Source: a virus
Taxonomy: Duplodnaviria; Caudoviricetes
IMG/VR virus record: IMGVR_UViG_3300023119_000004
DNA: 64,000 nucleotides
Reading direction: 5' to 3' (one strand)
The notes beneath the pieces are model-generated. The model was given only the letters and a program-made list of their open reading frames with translations, searched no databases and had not been told where the DNA came from. Positions 1 through 9,238 of this stretch are shown here, piece by piece (position 1 is the first letter of the stretch; each line of letters begins with the position of its first letter). Both the position numbers and the translations under genes were made by a program.

Positions 1-642
1 ATTAAATTCACAGTTTCTATAATTCTTAAACCAAGGTCCGCCTTCAGTATAATGTAATGCTCTTGGAGTACCGTCACCTTCTTTATACCAACCTACTAAC
101 CAATTCCAATCAACTGGTAGTGAACCGATTTCTTCATCTTTGAGCCAACTGAAACGATGAAAGTATGCACCGTCATTGTTTGGATTGTTAACACTATCAA
201 CAGTAACTTTTTCATTTGATGGGTGTCCACAATTCCAAAGTACAACACTTGACCAATTCTTACGTGGGTATACTGTTTGTACTTGTCCGTCCATTTTAAT
301 TCCTGGCTTAGGTGTGTAATCGTGTTGTACACACATAACAGCATACTTGTCATCTGCTAATGCAAACAAGTTGTCGACATCTTCTAAAAATACAATGTCG
401 CTGTCAATGAATAATGCCCAGCCTTTATAATTTGTTAAATGTGGAATTAAAAATCTTGTAAATGTAAATTCGGTAGATGCTAACTTATCAACTTCTCTCC
501 AGTACACTTTTTGTTGACGCAGGTCGTCCTGGATTAGAGGTATAACATCTGTGTCTTTGTTGAACCTCTTTATACTATGCTCACAAACTTGGTAAGCAAT
601 ATCTTCTCTAGTGTCATATCCTACGAATACTTTGTTACTCAT
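1..642 (-). CDS. Glycosyltransferase, GT8-like/GT-A fold (runs off the left edge; absent from the ORF track)
   Basis: Manual translation from ATG at 642 (ATGA overlap with upstream stop): MSNKVFVGYDTREDIAYQVCEHSI...STEFTFTRFLIP...ALFIDSDIVF (DxD)...PRKNWSSVVLWNC...WNWL...LHYTEGGPW; open to position 1. Confidence 0.75.
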   Translation of the reverse strand, partial: MSNKVFVGYDTREDIAYQVCEHSIKRFNKDTDVIPLIQDDLRQQKVYWREVDKLASTEFTFTRFLIPHLTNYKGWALFIDSDIVFLEDVDNLFALADDKYAVMCVQHDYTPKPGIKMDGQVQTVYPRKNWSSVVLWNCGHPSNEKVTVDSVNNPNNDGAYFHRFSWLKDEEIGSLPVDWNWLVGWYKEGDGTPRALHYTEGGPWFKNYRNCEFN

Positions 643-1310
643 TTATCTTTCTTCACCCATATTGCTGTTGTGTCAATAGTATGTATCTCTAGTGAGTCAC
701 CAAACACCTCATGAAAGGCTTTTTTACTACCACCCCAATTGTGGTAATCGTCCAAAACCATTATTCCTCCGGGTACAACACGCGGCCAAAGTTTTTCCAA
801 TTCTATTTTAGTGCTTTTATACCAGTCAGTATCTAGTCTAAGAAATGCTATTTTACTAGGCAAATTACCACCAAGTTTTAATGTTTGGCAAACATCTCCT
901 TTAACAAACCTACATTGGTCCATAGGAATATGCTTTCTCACATTATCTATAACTTCTTCAATTTCTGCTCTGCACCATTGATTAAAACCTTTTTTTGCTT
1001 TAGCACTTTTCATTGCGTATGATGCCTTGCCCTTACTATCAATTTTATAATCATCTTTTGTTGGTATTGTCATACCTTCAAATGTATCATACAACCAAAA
1101 CATTCTTTTGCTTTTTTGGTTTGCAAGATATGCCGCAATAACTTGGCCTCCCTTCCAAACACCGCACTCAACAAAGTCGCCTTCGATGTTTTGTTTGTCA
1201 AGTTCTCGAATAGTACGTAAAGTGTGAACAATACGTCTTCCGCTAGTCATTGTAAGAGGACTAACCGTTTCTAGTATTGGTAATTCACTTGTGGTAGGAT
1301 AATAGTCCAT
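639..1310 (-). CDS. TylF/MycF (macrocin O-methyltransferase) family SAM-dependent methyltransferase
   Basis: Motifs EGDFVECGVWKGG, LYDTFEG, LRLDTDWY, GGIMVLDDY. Confidence 0.85.
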   Translation of the reverse strand: MDYYPTTSELPILETVSPLTMTSGRRIVHTLRTIRELDKQNIEGDFVECGVWKGGQVIAAYLANQKSKRMFWLYDTFEGMTIPTKDDYKIDSKGKASYAMKSAKAKKGFNQWCRAEIEEVIDNVRKHIPMDQCRFVKGDVCQTLKLGGNLPSKIAFLRLDTDWYKSTKIELEKLWPRVVPGGIMVLDDYHNWGGSKKAFHEVFGDSLEIHTIDTTAIWVKKDK

Positions 1311-2074
1311 TACTGCCTTTCGATATCATCTTCTTCGCAGTAATCACCTATCTGTACTTCTAGTATATGACAAGGCTCGTCTGTGTCATTAATGCCTTGA
1401 TGCCATTGCATTTCATGAATAATGGCTCTTTGATGTGGACCTAGTTCTGACATAATTTCAAAGTCTGTGCTACCGTTTATAGTTCCAATAGTACAGTTGC
1501 CTTTTAAAATATACCAAAACTCTGAACGACTTTTGTGTCGTTGCATACTTAATCTTGACTTAGGATTAATTACCAGTTCTTTAACTTTGTAACCTTTTGC
1601 TTGATCAAGCACACGCCAGTATCCCCAATCACGCTCGGTCTTTTGTGTTTTCCAGTTGTCTAATATCCAACTTGAACTATTCTTTTTATTATCGCCACCA
1701 ACACCATATGCAAATGTTAGTTCGCCTGTGTTGTCGTCAAATAGTTCTGGAATGTTATCGGCTTGTCTATCTCCGCCGTTGGCAAAAATAATTTCTATGT
1801 TTGGATAAAGACTACGTGTTTTTCGAATTGCATCAGTAGCACTATCGTCGTCATCGTTAAAATTAATTACACGATCAACACACGCTAGTTCACCGATAAC
1901 AGAAGCACGTTCTTCCCAAGTTAAGAATGGCCTACCTTTTTTACGGGTAAGCCATTCGTCACTGTTTAGTCCGACAATTAACTTGTCGCCAAGTTCTTTT
2001 GCGGCCTTAAAATAATCAATATGTCCTGAATGTAATGGATCAAATCCACCAGTTACTAATACTACGCTCTTCAT
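1310..2074 (-). CDS. Cytidylyltransferase-like domain fused to cupin (mannose-6-phosphate isomerase type II-like) domain
   Basis: N-terminal GGFDPLHSGH (HxGH) motif; C-terminal ERDWGYW...LSMQRHKSRSEFW cupin motif. Confidence 0.8.
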   Translation of the reverse strand: MKSVVLVTGGFDPLHSGHIDYFKAAKELGDKLIVGLNSDEWLTRKKGRPFLTWEERASVIGELACVDRVINFNDDDDSATDAIRKTRSLYPNIEIIFANGGDRQADNIPELFDDNTGELTFAYGVGGDNKKNSSSWILDNWKTQKTERDWGYWRVLDQAKGYKVKELVINPKSRLSMQRHKSRSEFWYILKGNCTIGTINGSTDFEIMSELGPHQRAIIHEMQWHQGINDTDEPCHILEVQIGDYCEEDDIERQ

Positions 2075-2079
2075 AGTAT

Positions 2080-2085
2080 TATTTA
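2080..2085 (-). promoter_or_regulatory. T4-late-like promoter TAAATA, 5 nt before ATG 2074, no SD
   Basis: TAAATA-ATACT-ATG. Confidence 0.65.
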
Positions 2086-2089
2086 ACAG

Positions 2090-2668
2090 TTATCGATTTT
2101 CAGCCTCAATATATTGGAGCATTGTTTCAGGGTCTGAAACTTCGTAAGGATCCATGTCAGTTCCTTCGTTGTTAAAGCCTGGTTCTACAAATGCTTCTTG
2201 GACAATGCCATTGTCAACAAATAAAGAATAACGCCAACTTCTATTAGCAAATCCTAAATGTCTTTTGTTAACAAGCATACCAATACCGTGTGTAAAGTCT
2301 GCATTACCGTCTGATAGTAATTTAACTTTCTCTACACCAAGTTGTTTGGCCCAAGCATTCATTACGAATCCGTCGTTAACGGATACACAATAAATCTCAT
2401 CTACACCTGCATCTTTAAACTTTTCGTACATTTCTTCGTACTTAGGAAGTTGTTCACTTGAACACGTTGGAGTAAATGCTCCTGGTAATCCAAAGATAAC
2501 AACTTTTTTGTTTGCAAAAAGATCTTTTGAATCTACTTGTACAAACTCACCGCCGATGGCACATCCTCCGTCATCTGCAACTTCGTCACCGATTCTATTA
2601 ATAAAAGTGACATGGGGTAGTGAATCCCATTTTTGAATCGCTTGTCTAGCGCCTGGATGTTGATACAT
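2090..2668 (-). CDS. Peroxiredoxin (Prx5/redoxin family)
   Basis: PGAFTPTCS peroxidatic motif, CVSVNDGFVMNAW, RSWRY. Confidence 0.9.
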   Translation of the reverse strand: MYQHPGARQAIQKWDSLPHVTFINRIGDEVADDGGCAIGGEFVQVDSKDLFANKKVVIFGLPGAFTPTCSSEQLPKYEEMYEKFKDAGVDEIYCVSVNDGFVMNAWAKQLGVEKVKLLSDGNADFTHGIGMLVNKRHLGFANRSWRYSLFVDNGIVQEAFVEPGFNNEGTDMDPYEVSDPETMLQYIEAENR

Positions 2669-2689
2669 AATATTTCCTGTAGTTAAAAA

Positions 2690-3145
2690 TTAAAGACTTG
2701 CGTCTTCCATACCTGCTACACGCAGTTTAACAATGTTAGTAATCTGCCATTGTTTTTGGTCGAGTCCTTTTGTTATACCCAACCATTTGTTTCGCATTAA
2801 TGCGAATTCGTTGATGATTTTTTCCATGTCTACTACGTCTGCTTCGCCGTCAACATACTTTTCTACATCTCTGCTACTCAAAGCACGTTGATAATTCTCT
2901 AAATATTTTTTAAAGAAACTGCTACGCAGACGTCTCAACTCAATGTTCAGGTATTCTAAAATTGCCTCTAATTCCTGTAATTGATTAAAACGCTGTTCAA
3001 CTAACCCTGGCATTTCTGCAGAAGCCTTTTCGATATTCCCGTATACACGGCACTCTTTTTTGGCTTCGAGTAGTTCGGTTTCGTAATAATCAATAGCATT
3101 AGGAATTTGTGAAATATCCTTAGCAATTTTTGAATACCATCCCAT
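2690..3145 (-). CDS. uvsY: UvsY-like recombination mediator
   Basis: About 150-aa helical protein with ALSSRDVEKYVDGE motif, located just downstream of uvsX. Confidence 0.7.
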   Translation of the reverse strand: MGWYSKIAKDISQIPNAIDYYETELLEAKKECRVYGNIEKASAEMPGLVEQRFNQLQELEAILEYLNIELRRLRSSFFKKYLENYQRALSSRDVEKYVDGEADVVDMEKIINEFALMRNKWLGITKGLDQKQWQITNIVKLRVAGMEDASL

Positions 3146-3378
3146 TAATCGTAATCCTCATCATCGTAGACATCTTCGTCAATGTCCTCTTCTAGGTAAT
3201 ACCCAATAGCCTTGTCTAAATGATTACAAGTGCCTAAAGCATCTCTAAAAGATTCGTCTGACGTACCATAATCGGCACAGACGTCTACGTATTTTTCAGC
3301 AATAGTTTCAATATGCTTCTTGTCTACATATTCTTTAAACGTTTGCCAAATGTCTACTACTTGTGAACCTGATTCCAT
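3145..3378 (-). CDS. Small acidic hypothetical protein
   Basis: 77-aa ORF with GGAG SD and upstream TAAATA (3408-3413), abutting uvsY. Confidence 0.6.
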   Translation of the reverse strand: MESGSQVVDIWQTFKEYVDKKHIETIAEKYVDVCADYGTSDESFRDALGTCNHLDKAIGYYLEEDIDEDVYDDEDYD

Positions 3379-3429
3379 AGAATTTGTCTCCTATAAATTA
3401 TCTACGGTATTTATAATCGTCATACTATT

Positions 3430-4503
3430 TTATTCAGTTACAGTTTCTTCGGTTTCAGTTTCGACTGTAGTGTCTACAGGTGCGTCTTCATCTGAAAACT
3501 CGTTCATTATTTGATCTAATAATGGACCACCTGCTTCCCATGCCTTACGATACTCTTTGATTTCTTCACCGCTCTTAGTTACATACTTCAAACGATTTCC
3601 GTCTTTCGATAGCATACCTTTTTTCTCAAAAAGATCAACAAGACCGCTGTATGGATTCATACCAGTTTCATAAGGAATCTTAACTTGCACACCTTCAAAC
3701 GGTTTTGCATATCTTGTTTTCATTACCTTACAACCTGCACGAATACCACGTACATCAGTTACTTTGTTACCATCTTCATCTTCTTTTAGTTTTAGTTTTT
3801 TCATTGCTACAACAATTGAAGATGCATAGATAAATCCTTGACCACCTGAAATCTTATCATCTGGATCAAACATATCTTGAGATGCGTAAGTATGATTAGT
3901 TGCTACTAGGCCCACGTTGTGTGAACCAAACATATTAACACAGTTACGTACAAGTGCTGTAAGTGCCTTAGGTTTTCTACCCATGTCACCTTTCATATCA
4001 CCCTTACTAAACTGATCAACGTCTGTGGGTGTTAATAACATACCCAATGAGTCAATAACAAATAATACTTTAGGACGTTCTTCTTCGTCCATTGCTTTGT
4101 AATCTGCCATAAATGTTGATACTGTTTTTGCAACATCATCAATCATTGACATATTAAGTTTTAGTAGTTTATCTTCTGAAGTGTCTACATCAAGTGCGTG
4201 TAACCATGCTTCATCAAGTGCGTTCTCTGAGTCAATTAGAACTACAAAGATGCCTTGTTCTTGTGCGGCTTTAACAATGTTACCTGCACAAATATATGAT
4301 TTACCTGCTCCTGACTCGCCTGCAAATACAGTTACCTTACCAAGTGGAACACCTTTATGGAAGTCACCACTTACAAGATAATTGAGTGCATAATTACCTG
4401 TACTAATCCAATCAGTTGGATCGTTGAATCCCGCACTCATGCCTGTAATAGACTTAGTCAAGTTTTTACGAAACTTGGAAACGTCAAATGCTTTGTTAGC
4501 CAT
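3430..4503 (-). CDS. uvsX: UvsX RecA-like recombinase
   Basis: Walker A GESGAGKS, Walker B FVIDSLG, ISGGQGFIYASS; AAGGAG SD. Confidence 0.92.
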   Translation of the reverse strand: MANKAFDVSKFRKNLTKSITGMSAGFNDPTDWISTGNYALNYLVSGDFHKGVPLGKVTVFAGESGAGKSYICAGNIVKAAQEQGIFVVLIDSENALDEAWLHALDVDTSEDKLLKLNMSMIDDVAKTVSTFMADYKAMDEEERPKVLFVIDSLGMLLTPTDVDQFSKGDMKGDMGRKPKALTALVRNCVNMFGSHNVGLVATNHTYASQDMFDPDDKISGGQGFIYASSIVVAMKKLKLKEDEDGNKVTDVRGIRAGCKVMKTRYAKPFEGVQVKIPYETGMNPYSGLVDLFEKKGMLSKDGNRLKYVTKSGEEIKEYRKAWEAGGPLLDQIMNEFSDEDAPVDTTVETETEETVTE

Positions 4504-4557
4504 TACTTCTCCTTAATCTTTTATAATGGGGTTGCCCTTAGACAACCCCTATATAAA

Positions 4558-5523
4558 TTACTGTTGTCTAGAACGGATCATTGCTAGAATGTCTTCCGCC
4601 TTGTTATCACCTGCTGGTGCCGCCGCAGTTTCTGCTACTGGTTCTGCCGCTGGTGCAGTTTCAGTTACAGTTTCTGTGACTGGTGTTGCTGGTGCTGGTG
4701 TAGTTGCTTTTACAGGATCACCTGTACGTGCCGCTACGCCTGCTGGACGGAAATACTGTCCAAACGCATCCATGTCGTATGCTTCGCCATCAACAGATGC
4801 TTCAAACATCTTCTTGATAACTTCGACTTCAACTTCTGAAGGTTTCTTAGGTAAGTAATCTGAAAGATTAAATAACCCATGATCTTCAATAGCCTTGTAC
4901 TCATCTTCAGACAATGGACGCTCTCTACGAGCCCAAGTTGATGTTGAGTAGTCTGCATAACCGCCTTTAGAAGTTTTTGTAATTCTAAAGTCAACACCCG
5001 CAGTATAATCTGTAGGCAACTCGTTCATATCTGGATCCATCAATGCACCCTTAATGATTTGGAAAATCTGTGGGCCAATGATAAATCTACGAATTGGATT
5101 ATCCGGAGTAGTATCTTCGGTAAGTGGGTTGTCAGTTACAAAACCTTGGAATACGTATGAACGCTTCTTCCAATACTTACGACCTAAGTCTTCAAGTTTT
5201 GGATCTTTAAACCAAGGACGTACTTCTGAAAGTACTGGACAAGTTTCGCCATACATTTCCATACATGGTACTTGTACTTGAACTGGACGAGAGTCTGTCT
5301 CGCCTTTAATTCCAGCAAATGGAAGTTTGATCATCAAACGTTCTTGCCAGAAGAAAGTGTTATTTTCGTCACCGTCAGGTAAGAAACGTAACGTTGCCGT
5401 TTCGCCTTCCTTCAAGTTCCAAAATGGGTAAATTGCGTTGTCGCCACCGCCTGACGAACGATTGCCGCCAGTATTTGCTTCTTGCTCTTTTAGTTTTGCA
5501 CGAATTTCTGCTAATGTTGCCAT
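4558..5523 (-). CDS. gp32: Single-stranded DNA-binding protein, T4 gp32 family
   Basis: LRFLPDG, CPVL, YWKKRSY, DYTAGVDFRITKT, GYADYSTSTW motifs; Ala/Thr/Pro-rich linker before C-terminal DILAMIRSR. Confidence 0.85.
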   Translation of the reverse strand: MATLAEIRAKLKEQEANTGGNRSSGGGDNAIYPFWNLKEGETATLRFLPDGDENNTFFWQERLMIKLPFAGIKGETDSRPVQVQVPCMEMYGETCPVLSEVRPWFKDPKLEDLGRKYWKKRSYVFQGFVTDNPLTEDTTPDNPIRRFIIGPQIFQIIKGALMDPDMNELPTDYTAGVDFRITKTSKGGYADYSTSTWARRERPLSEDEYKAIEDHGLFNLSDYLPKKPSEVEVEVIKKMFEASVDGEAYDMDAFGQYFRPAGVAARTGDPVKATTPAPATPVTETVTETAPAAEPVAETAAAPAGDNKAEDILAMIRSRQQ

Positions 5524-5590
5524 AATAAGCCTCCTATAAATTTAAGCCTTCGCTGTTAAGTGCCTTCGTATCTAGTAGCACATATTATAT

Positions 5591-5619
5591 ATACTACTAG
5601 AAATATTTAGTAAAGTCAA
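5591..5619 (-). promoter_or_regulatory. Sigma70-type promoter for gp32 with nested TAAATA late element (5604-5609)
   Basis: TTGACT (5619-5614) -17 nt- TAGTAT (5596-5591). Confidence 0.65.
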
Positions 5620-5641
5620 GTGGTTTTTTATCGAAAAGTGA

Positions 5642-7573
5642 TTACAGGCCTGCCAATTTCTTGACACGCTCCATTTCGTTATCCTTGCCAGCAAGTAAAC
5701 GACCTATCATCTTTTCTGCAAATGGTACACTCTTATCACCAAATTCTTTTTCACACGCAACTAATACTGCTGTTTCACCTTTTGGAAAAGCGTTAGTTGT
5801 GTAGTCGTAATATGATTTTACTAATTCTTCTAGTTTTTCGCCTTTGGAAGATAATGACTTATCTTCTTTTGTCTTTTCTAATTCTGCCTTTCTACGCATC
5901 AATTCTTTTTTAAGTTCTGGATCCTTGTTTGTATTAGGATCAGATTGAATGTCTTGTAATGCCTTCTTTTTAGCATCGTAGTCACTCATTTTATTATTTT
6001 TTTCTTGTGGTGTTTCGCTTTCTGCTGGAACCGCTTCTGGTTCTGCTGTTGGCGCTTCTGGTTCTGCTGTTGGCTCAGCAGGTACTTCACCTTGCTCAAT
6101 TTTTTCTGCTACTTGTGGATCTTTACCTTTTACATACTTAATAACTAAAGGACGAACGTCTGAATCTGCATCTTTTTGTCCTACCTTTTTAAACATATCT
6201 AAAAGCATTGGATCATCAATTACACCTTTTAAACTTTGGATAGCGTTTGCACCATTAATGCCTGCTGGGAAATGCTCAGCCATTAAGTTATTAAGTTTGC
6301 CAAGTGCTTCTTCTTGTTTATCGCCACCCGCAAATAATTGATCTTCTTCTTCGCTTACAATTGAATTCATTGCTTTTTCAAAATCTGCTTCTGGGGTTTC
6401 GTTTGTTCTTTGTAGTGCTTTCTTAACACCTGGATGGTCTGAAAGTCCTTTTGCAATCTTTTCAATTGTATCAACAGCACCTGAATAGTTGCCGCCTTTG
6501 TATCTTGGATCATTTAGTACGCCATAAGCCATTTTAATTTCTTTATCTGAGAAACCCATATTGTCTTGTGCTTCTTTTTCGCCAAGTAAATCTTCTGGAC
6601 CCATTTCTTGAACTTGATTTCTTTCTTGTACTAAACCATAAATGTATGGGAATACAGATTTAAGTTCTTCGTTAAATGTTCTAATAGTTAATTCATCAAC
6701 CCAAGCATTTTGTAAATCTTCTGGAACTTCTTCTTTTACTACTGGTTTGAAATCTTTTGTTGCTTCTGTATAATAATTTTGTCTTTGTAATTTTTGAACT
6801 TCGTTTTTGATAGTTTCAACTCTTTCACTAACAATATCTAAATAGCCTTTCAGTCCTTCTGCCATTACTGCTGATCTATTCATGTAAGTTCTAAATTGAC
6901 GTAGTTTGTTTAATTCTTCAGACATATTAACAATGTGCTGACCAAAGTCATCATAAAGGTTACCACCGTTGGAGACGTGACGTGCTAACGCTCTTGCACC
7001 ATTTAAATGTCTAAATGGATATTTGTATCTTTCGCCATCAGCACTTTCAATATAAATGCTGTGTACGTGTTGTGTTCTACCTGCTGGTAGTTCTTGATTA
7101 ATTGGTTGCGTATGTTTAAGAACAAGACGTGCATTATCTACATCTTCGTAACTTGTTCTAGCAGTACCATACAATTTACTTTCACTCATTTGTTTGTCTC
7201 CGGCAGTTCTAGTTAGGTGTGCATAGTCCCTTTTATCTAAGTTGCTTTTTGTTATATCTCTTGTATCAAAATTTAGCATATTCTTTTTAGCAAAGAATCT
7301 AAGTTCTTTTAAAAACTCGTACCAGTTGTTCTTTTCTGATTCATCTGCTTCAGCCATGATGTCTGTATTAAACAAAACAACAACACCATTTTCATCTAAT
7401 GATACACTTACTTTTCCTAATACTTTAGCCCCTTCCTTGTAATCAAAATCAAAATATCTTGCTTGACTTGGTTGGTCAGTTACTGTACCACTGGCATCAC
7501 CAATAGTCACAGATGGGAATCTGCCTCTAATTTTGGCAAATAAACGTTCTGAAATAGGCTCCATATTACTCAT
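5642..7573 (-). CDS. Large hypothetical protein downstream of terminase; possible internal head/core protein
   Basis: 643-aa ORF with own TAAATA promoter; acidic linkers; no catalytic motif recognised. Confidence 0.6.
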   Translation of the reverse strand: MSNMEPISERLFAKIRGRFPSVTIGDASGTVTDQPSQARYFDFDYKEGAKVLGKVSVSLDENGVVVLFNTDIMAEADESEKNNWYEFLKELRFFAKKNMLNFDTRDITKSNLDKRDYAHLTRTAGDKQMSESKLYGTARTSYEDVDNARLVLKHTQPINQELPAGRTQHVHSIYIESADGERYKYPFRHLNGARALARHVSNGGNLYDDFGQHIVNMSEELNKLRQFRTYMNRSAVMAEGLKGYLDIVSERVETIKNEVQKLQRQNYYTEATKDFKPVVKEEVPEDLQNAWVDELTIRTFNEELKSVFPYIYGLVQERNQVQEMGPEDLLGEKEAQDNMGFSDKEIKMAYGVLNDPRYKGGNYSGAVDTIEKIAKGLSDHPGVKKALQRTNETPEADFEKAMNSIVSEEEDQLFAGGDKQEEALGKLNNLMAEHFPAGINGANAIQSLKGVIDDPMLLDMFKKVGQKDADSDVRPLVIKYVKGKDPQVAEKIEQGEVPAEPTAEPEAPTAEPEAVPAESETPQEKNNKMSDYDAKKKALQDIQSDPNTNKDPELKKELMRRKAELEKTKEDKSLSSKGEKLEELVKSYYDYTTNAFPKGETAVLVACEKEFGDKSVPFAEKMIGRLLAGKDNEMERVKKLAGL

Positions 7574-7578
7574 ATTAG

Positions 7579-7584
7579 TATTTA
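7579..7584 (-). promoter_or_regulatory. Late promoter TAAATA, 5 nt before ATG 7573, no SD
   Basis: GATAAATA-CTAAT-ATG. Confidence 0.65.
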
Positions 7585-9168
7585 TCTTATGTTAGTCGAA
7601 ACGAATATAGGCATTGGCGGTACATGATCTTCATCTGTTTCAGCATGATTAAAGGTTTCATATACCCTAGGATCCCAATCCTTTAGCACAGCAATAATAC
7701 GCATAGTTAGTAATGTTGCTGAAACTAAGTCATCTGTTTCACCTGGTTTTGCTTTGTAACTGCTACCGCTGGCTACAAATGCTTTTAATTCACTTAGCAA
7801 TACTTTACTATGTACTACTAGTTTATCTGATTCTATCATGGCTTTTAATCTTGAACAAGCACTTATTTTGGTTGCGTGTGTAGTATTAAATCCTTTGCGG
7901 AATTTTCTTACGTGACCTTTACGCATAGGCTCACTTACTAACATTCCTGGTATATTCTCTTCCCCAAGGTCTCTAATAACAATTAATGCTCCTTCACCGA
8001 TAGTGTTATTTTCAACACTCCAATAAATGTTTTGTCCATCGTTGTGACATTGGTCTTTAATATAGTTACAAATATCTGTTAGAATTCTAATTTGTCCTGG
8101 TATTGCTGTTTGATTATGACGCCATTCACCTACTTGTTTGTAGGTTGGTAATTCAAATATTTGTATGGCCGCATAATCGCCGCCTGTGCCCATTGCCGGA
8201 TCTAATGCAACTACATAAGTCTTATCACCGCTTGGTTTACTGTACCAACGTGTTTGTCCCATATTGAGTATAGGATCAATACCTTCCATACTTGCAAGTT
8301 TGATTGAGTTAATTAGTGTCTCGTCATAGACTAAGAATTCACAACCATACTCACGACGGAATCGTTCTTCACCAATACGTCCTATCTCTGCCTTTTTCCA
8401 TTCTTCGTCTCTGTCAGGATGCTCGTCCCAACTACAAGTAAACCCATGAAATCCGTTTACACCTACTTCTTGTTCGTTGCCATTATCGTCAAACTTGTTT
8501 TGGCTTTCTTTCCAAATAATAGCAAATGTATCTTCGTCTGAGTTAGGTGTGCTTGTAATAATAGCACGACCACCTGTTGCTAGTGTAGGTGAAATTGAAG
8601 TCCAAAACTCATCAGCAATACTAGGATTCACAAATGCAAACTCGTCACAGTATAGTAATGATATGGACATACCTCTACCAGTGTTACCTGTTGTGGTAGC
8701 ACTTACAATACGTGAACCATTTTCAAATTCAATACTACCTTTGTTGTAGTTAACAACTCCTGCTCTAATATGATCAGGACAACATTCATAAACGTAACGA
8801 ATACGTTGCATAATTTCTTGTGCGCCTGAATATTTGTGTGCGGCAATTAGTACAGTTTGATCTGGATGAAACATCGCATACCAAGTTAAGTAAACAGCGG
8901 CACAAGTAGTTTTACCTGTCTGTCTGGGTAACATATTAATATTAAAACGATGATCGTGATAACTTTTTAAAAGTCTTTCTTGATATGTAAAAGGATCAAA
9001 TAAAAGTTTACCTTTTACGGGGTGTTGAATGTAAGCAAACTTTTCAGAAAAATATAGGTAGCCGGTATCAGGATCCATGCACTTCTTGAGATCCTCGATA
9101 TTCTCGTTAGTAAATGTTTCTCTTTGGTTGGCTTTCTTAGTAAGAACGCCGTCTAAACTCTTTGCCAT
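7582..9168 (-). CDS. gp17: Terminase large subunit (T4 gp17-like); start revised to ATG 9168
   Basis: Walker A PRQTGKT, Walker B LYCDEFAF, ITSTPN, RNase H-like ALDPAMG, DDLV; the track start at 9186 is a TTG lying upstream of the promoter. Confidence 0.93.
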   Translation of the reverse strand: MAKSLDGVLTKKANQRETFTNENIEDLKKCMDPDTGYLYFSEKFAYIQHPVKGKLLFDPFTYQERLLKSYHDHRFNINMLPRQTGKTTCAAVYLTWYAMFHPDQTVLIAAHKYSGAQEIMQRIRYVYECCPDHIRAGVVNYNKGSIEFENGSRIVSATTTGNTGRGMSISLLYCDEFAFVNPSIADEFWTSISPTLATGGRAIITSTPNSDEDTFAIIWKESQNKFDDNGNEQEVGVNGFHGFTCSWDEHPDRDEEWKKAEIGRIGEERFRREYGCEFLVYDETLINSIKLASMEGIDPILNMGQTRWYSKPSGDKTYVVALDPAMGTGGDYAAIQIFELPTYKQVGEWRHNQTAIPGQIRILTDICNYIKDQCHNDGQNIYWSVENNTIGEGALIVIRDLGEENIPGMLVSEPMRKGHVRKFRKGFNTTHATKISACSRLKAMIESDKLVVHSKVLLSELKAFVASGSSYKAKPGETDDLVSATLLTMRIIAVLKDWDPRVYETFNHAETDEDHVPPMPIFVSTNIR

Positions 9169-9175
9169 AGTATAG

Positions 9176-9181
9176 TATTTA
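9176..9181 (-). promoter_or_regulatory. Late promoter TAAATA, 7 nt before terminase ATG, no SD
   Basis: TAAATA-CTATACT-ATG. Confidence 0.6.
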
Positions 9182-9184
9182 CTC

Positions 9185-9212
9185 AAAAAAATAGGGCCCG
9201 TAGGCCCTATTT
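9185..9212 (-). terminator. Intrinsic terminator
   Basis: AAAUAGGGCC-UACG-GGCCCUAUUU followed by further U residues. Confidence 0.85.
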
Positions 9213-9238
9213 GGTTTGCTAACTTAATACTTAATTAA

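Noticed and set aside
96-353. 85-aa minus-strand ORF in the track
   Set aside because: Wrong frame; the real gene is the glycosyltransferase read from 642 to the left edge
4528-4549. GC hairpin between gp32 and uvsX as a terminator
   Set aside because: Good stem (GGGGUUGUC/GGCAACCCC) but no U-tract on the coding strand; more likely a stability or processing hairpin
6034-6075. Short direct repeat ttctggttctgctgttggc
   Set aside because: Simply encodes the PTAEPE linker repeat in the 643-aa protein
7582-9168. Intron or intein in terminase or UvsX
   Set aside because: Both have ordinary lengths and continuous motifs; no intein N-/C-terminal signatures
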